A stretch of DNA of 64,000 bases, from NCBI GenBank assembly GCA_002269645.1, contig NIVC01000473.1, forward strand, positions 1 to 64,000, written 5' to 3'. Below are positions 59,735-64,000 of the stretch, one piece after another. The number at the start of each line of letters is the position of its first letter. Position 1 is the first letter of the stretch. Under the pieces are notes generated by a model. The model ran no database searches. It was not told the origin of the DNA and saw only the letters and a program-made list of their open reading frames with translations. Position numbers and translations under genes: made by a program. The stretch comes from Macrostomum lignano (taxonomy: Eukaryota).

Positions 59735-60032
59735 GGCAATGGCTAGAGTTCCGACACCGGAACCCATTTTCTAATGGCTACGGATCCGGCAATGCCATTA
59801 TAATATAGATAGAACATTATATTTTTCTTTCTACAGGTGGCTGATATTGAGATTTTGTTCTAGATTAAAATTTAAGACGATATGATAAGATTCAGGATGA
59901 GATGTTTCTAATATTCAGACTTCTTAAGATATGTTCTTAGCAGTCTTTATATGCTTCTATACGGCACTGCCAGATCCCTAGCTGTTAGAAAACGGGTTCC
60001 GGTGCCAGAACTCTAGGAGTCTAGCCATTACC
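59735..60032. mobile_element. MITE with ~45-bp TIRs and 9-bp TSD (Merlin/MULE-like)
   Basis: Termini ggcaatggctag...ctagccattacc; internal TIR ctagagtt..caccggaaccc.ttttctaa. TSD ggcataaag at 59726-59734 and 60033-60041. Confidence 0.85.
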
Positions 60033-60879
60033 GGCATAAAGACTGGCTTATTCTGCTGATCAAAAAGGCCAGAATCCAGATTATGTCAAAATGCCAGTCA
60101 AGCTACATGCAGGACCTATGGCTGCATTTGTCTTTAAATACTATACACATGGATATTGATTTTAAAGCCGTGATAAACAAGGCCATTGCCTACCATTTTT
60201 TGTGCAGACTTTTAAGACTTATATATTTATAGCCATATTATATAGGAGGTTTATATAGTAGAGCCTAATAGACATTAGATTTTGTATTTTGAATAACAAG
60301 GTGGCATTAATAGGCCTAAGGAAGACTCAAACTCGTAAGTTTTTTATTATCTACTTAACATCAAAGTTGGTACTTGGCCCCAATCTTATGTCAGTCGAAT
60401 TACATTTAGACTCACTAGCTATTTTTCCAAGGACGCTTACTTGTATTTTTCAAAGAATATTTTTAAATCCCGTGCCCTAGTACTGTTTAAAACAAAATAG
60501 CGATACTTAAAAGTCATTCTGGTGTTTTGTCCTGCAGCGGTTGAGCGCAACGCCTGAGTCTGCTCCGTTTCACTAATAATATATTTGCTATTGCTAAATA
60601 GCAATGTTTCAGTTTCGTCGATAAAGAATCAGAGCGCGCAATTTGGTCTCATTGTACGGATCGATCGATCGGCCTACATTATCATTTCGTGTTATGATAT
60701 GAGACATTAACGAACTTCTAAAAGCGGAAAGCTTTTACTCTAGCTTTCCTAGAGTAAAATCTATATCTATACACCCAAGAGACTGCCAGATCAGACCTTT
60801 TCAGTGAGTTAAACATCTGATAGCTTCATGATATCCTTCCCAGATATTCAGAGACTTTTTTCTGTGGTTAAGGCCTTAA

Positions 60880-61360
60880 TTCAGCTGCCGCCTGCCAGAG
60901 ACGACCTGAAGGTGCGCCTGTTCCGCGCGGCCGTCGAGCCGATCCTGCTGTACGGCATGGAGGCTGTGCCGCTGACCGAAACGCGAGAGCGAGCCTTGGA
61001 CGCGCTTTACCGATCGCTGCTGCGCTACGCGCTGGGCGTGCACTACCCGGATCGCCTGCCGACCAACGCTCTGATGGCCCGCGCTGGAACTCCGCCCCTG
61101 AGCGCTACCCTGCGCCGGCGCCGCCAGATGCTGCTGGGCCATCTGCTTACGGACCCTGGGTCGCGGCGCGCCCGTCCCTGGCCATGCTGCACCGGCCGAC
61201 CGAGCAATTGCGCCGCGGCCAGGCCCGCACTGCCACTCTAACGGACTGCCTCATCGCTGACTTGCAGGCGCTTGAGCTGACCTCTCAGTCTGCTGCTGCC
61301 TGCCCCTCCCGCCTGTTCTGCGAGCGCGTGCGCGCAAGGGGGCCTGATCGCCTCTGGGTC
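60880..61360 (+). mobile_element. 5'-truncated non-LTR retrotransposon (RTE-like) 3' fragment
   Basis: LFRAAVEPILLYGMEA...LLRYALGVHYPD...LRRRRQMLLGH resembles the region C-terminal to the RT core in RTE/L2-type ORF2. GC-rich island with an AT-rich tail. Confidence 0.75.
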
Positions 61361-63094
61361 TTATAATATTATTATGACATATATGTAAATATATAGTTGA
61401 GGCCTTGATATAGCGGTGTAAAAATGATATCTCTGATATTAGCCTGTAGCAGGTGCTATACTAACTGGGCACACTGCTCGATCAAAGACACCAGATTTCG
61501 GTTTGGAAAACTGAGGTGTTTTGACTGCCGAGGTGCAGAATTTCTTGAAAGTGCTTCGCTCTACCCCAAGTTACACCGCCGGCTGTTGCAGTTATTCAAA
61601 TACATTTAGCTTCATTGCCTGATTTCATCTAGAAAGTACCTGAATCAGGTGCAATGCTATAGTCTTGCTAATATATGACGAATGTATAAGTTAGTCATTG
61701 TATTTGAAGTCATTTGTTTTCTAAAAATAAAATAAATATATTAAGTGTACCTGTTGAGTATTGCAGTTGCAGTTTCAGTTGAAGTGAGAAACTAATGAGC
61801 TAAAGCCTGCTCCAGTATATTTATATATGCGCTTGGCTCAAAATGCCGTATATAATATGTATCAAACTAACAAATCGATCAATTTTCAAATACAACACGT
61901 CCGCGTCCATTCAAACTAATGACCTATCTCCAATTTGTCCAATTTTGGGGGGTTAGGATCACTTAGACAGGATTGGGCGCACTGTTTCATTAGGGGGCCA
62001 GCACTGCATGGGCGCCAAAACCTGCATTGGAAGGGCTGGCACCTATACTACAGAATACACCAGAATGCCTTTTTCGAAACTAGTCCATCGACGTCGGGGT
62101 ACGTCGGCGAAGTTCAGAAAGTTGCACGGGAATGGTGTGTGCCGCCCTGGCTTCGCTATTGCTTATTACGTAAGTTTTATTTTCACGTTTTATTTTTTAT
62201 ATACTGTATTTGATGCAAGTGTACATGAATGGGCGAATGTACACGCGCACTATAATATCCACGTGCTTCGATGTATTTAAGAATCGTTTTTCGGATTTTT
62301 TTGTACTCAATGGATACCAAGTGAAATTCGGACAGTGTGGGAAGGCATACGAGTTTTTGCCTTTAGGGGTCTGAAGCTCAGCCAATCGCAAAAGAATCGA
62401 AGCTCGTTTATAACAAATCAACCGCTGAGGATCTTTAGAACTTTGCAAATTCGATCCTCACCGTTTTTAAATCATTTTTTGGCTTGATAACTTCAATGAG
62501 GCCAAGTACCTCGGTGTGAGGCTCACGCATGACCCGGGCTGGACTAAGCACCTTGACAAAATTAAGAATGAAAACAACTTGCAAGTTTGAAGCCAGAAAG
62601 GTACAGCAGAGTTTTTTAGAAAACATCACATGAATAAATGTCACTCCCCTGGCTCGATTCGAGACAGACTGACTACAGGTACTCCCAGCAACAGTACCGT
62701 TGGGAGGCAGATCGGCCACACATGTGACATCTTCCTCTTTGGCTTGCTGCAACTAGGATACAGTGTAGTTTCGACGTGCTCAGCTCTCTGGACAGGCTAG
62801 CTATTGCTCCAGCAGTGCCATTCCAAGTGAGCTCAGAAAAATGGAGCACATGCCATTGTAGTGGAAAAGTGGAAAAACTTTGCAAAAACACCCCTCGGTT
62901 TTCCAAACCCGACCATATTGAGCAGTGTGCCCAGCACCTGCTCTACAGGCTGATATCAGAGATTTCAATATTCATTCATTTTTACGCGGATAGCCAAAGC
63001 CGCTATATCAAGGCCTTAACCACCAAAAAAATTACGCTGGAACTCTTTTTTAAATTCTACCGCAGTGTGCAGTCTCTCTCAGGCCTTAACAGTA

Positions 63095-63780
63095 TTAGAA
63101 TCACTCGGTGACAGCGATATCCTGGGCAACGAGCTCGCGGATTCCCTTGCCAAGGAGGGAAGCAACCCAGACGACAACCACCGTCTGCAGATGAGGCTAC
63201 CCATTCCTAGGTCGCAAATATCCCGCCGTATGAACAGGTGGCTCCGCCAGCAACACCAGCTCCACTGGAGCAGTTGCACCGACTACAGGCGGACCCGCTC
63301 TGCAATGCCTGATGTGACCAGAAAAGTATCTGGTTATCTGACCTCGCTTAACAGAACCAGCTTCAAAGAGATGTGCATGGTCCTAACCGGCCATGGATTC
63401 TTCCAGAGACATCTTGTTGCAAACCGGTTGCCCTCCCACCTGTTCTTTCTGTGGCATAGGAGAGGAGACTGCGAAGCATCACGTCACTTTCTTCCCTTAC
63501 ATGTACTTCAATAAGGCGCGGCACAAATACCTCGGCTACCCCCAGCGGATGGACGAGCTGACAACCCCGGACAACATCCGTGACATTCGCGCCTTCGTCC
63601 GAGATACCGACCGGATGAGGGTCGCCGATGTCTATTCAGCTAGTGAACCTGCCGGGGGGCTGGGCGCACCCCCAGGGTTAAACCTTGATTTATTCTACCT
63701 TGAGGTTGCGATAAGGGCCTCGCGGCCTATTCGCGGTGCCTGCGCCGCCCCCTCCCACGTCAGTAGTAAGTAAGTAACAA
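63095..63780 (+). mobile_element. Non-LTR retrotransposon 3' fragment (RNase H end plus Cys motif; R1/LOA/I-group-like)
   Basis: [14 protein letters not shown] (RNase H terminal motif), VLTGHG and [13 protein letters not shown]; (gtaa)n-type tail. Confidence 0.75.
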
Positions 63781-63833
63781 AGAAAGAAAAAAATCGTCAT
63801 GTCCACTATAAAGACGCTATATAGCGCCTTTAC

Positions 63834-64000
63834 GGTGCTGGCGCCCCTTGGTGCTGGCGCCCCTTGGTGCTGGCGCCCCTTGGTGCTGGCGCCCCTTGGT
63901 GCTGGCGCCCCTTGGTGCTGGCGCCCCTTGGTGCTAAAGCCCCTTGGTGCTAAAGCCCCTTGGTGCTAAAGCCCCTTGGTGCTAAAGCCCCTTGGTGCTA
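63834..64000. repeat. 16-bp tandem repeat (ggtgctggcgcccctt / ggtgctaaagcccctt), runs off window
   Basis: Direct tandem copies. Confidence 0.9.

Overview
Animal (invertebrate) genomic DNA. A free-living flatworm such as Macrostomum is my guess from gene style and repeat load; this is not verified. The left part (1-26.4 kb) is a tandem, co-oriented array of at least six intronless Cys-loop (nAChR-like) cation-channel subunit genes: three intact, one with a single frameshift, one clear pseudogene and one cut by the window edge. They keep the Cys-loop and the GEK/M2 pore but lack the loop-C vicinal cysteines and the loop-B Trp needed for acetylcholine binding. Their ligand-binding domains are strongly diverged, their pore-coding segment is homogenised at the nucleotide level, and RFX X-box motifs flank two of them. 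Together this suggests a candidate lineage-specific chemosensory receptor family, analogous to cephalopod chemotactile receptors. The array is interrupted by a decayed IS630/Tc1-like transposon, a Ginger/Gypsy-like integrase remnant and a 3'-truncated Ty3/Gypsy element. The right part holds three minus-strand housekeeping genes (AGXT, HPF1, CUL5) whose introns are packed with different minisatellites, including a 7.7-kb 30-bp array and a 42-bp family present twice in inverted orientation. MITEs with clear TSDs and LINE fragments follow.
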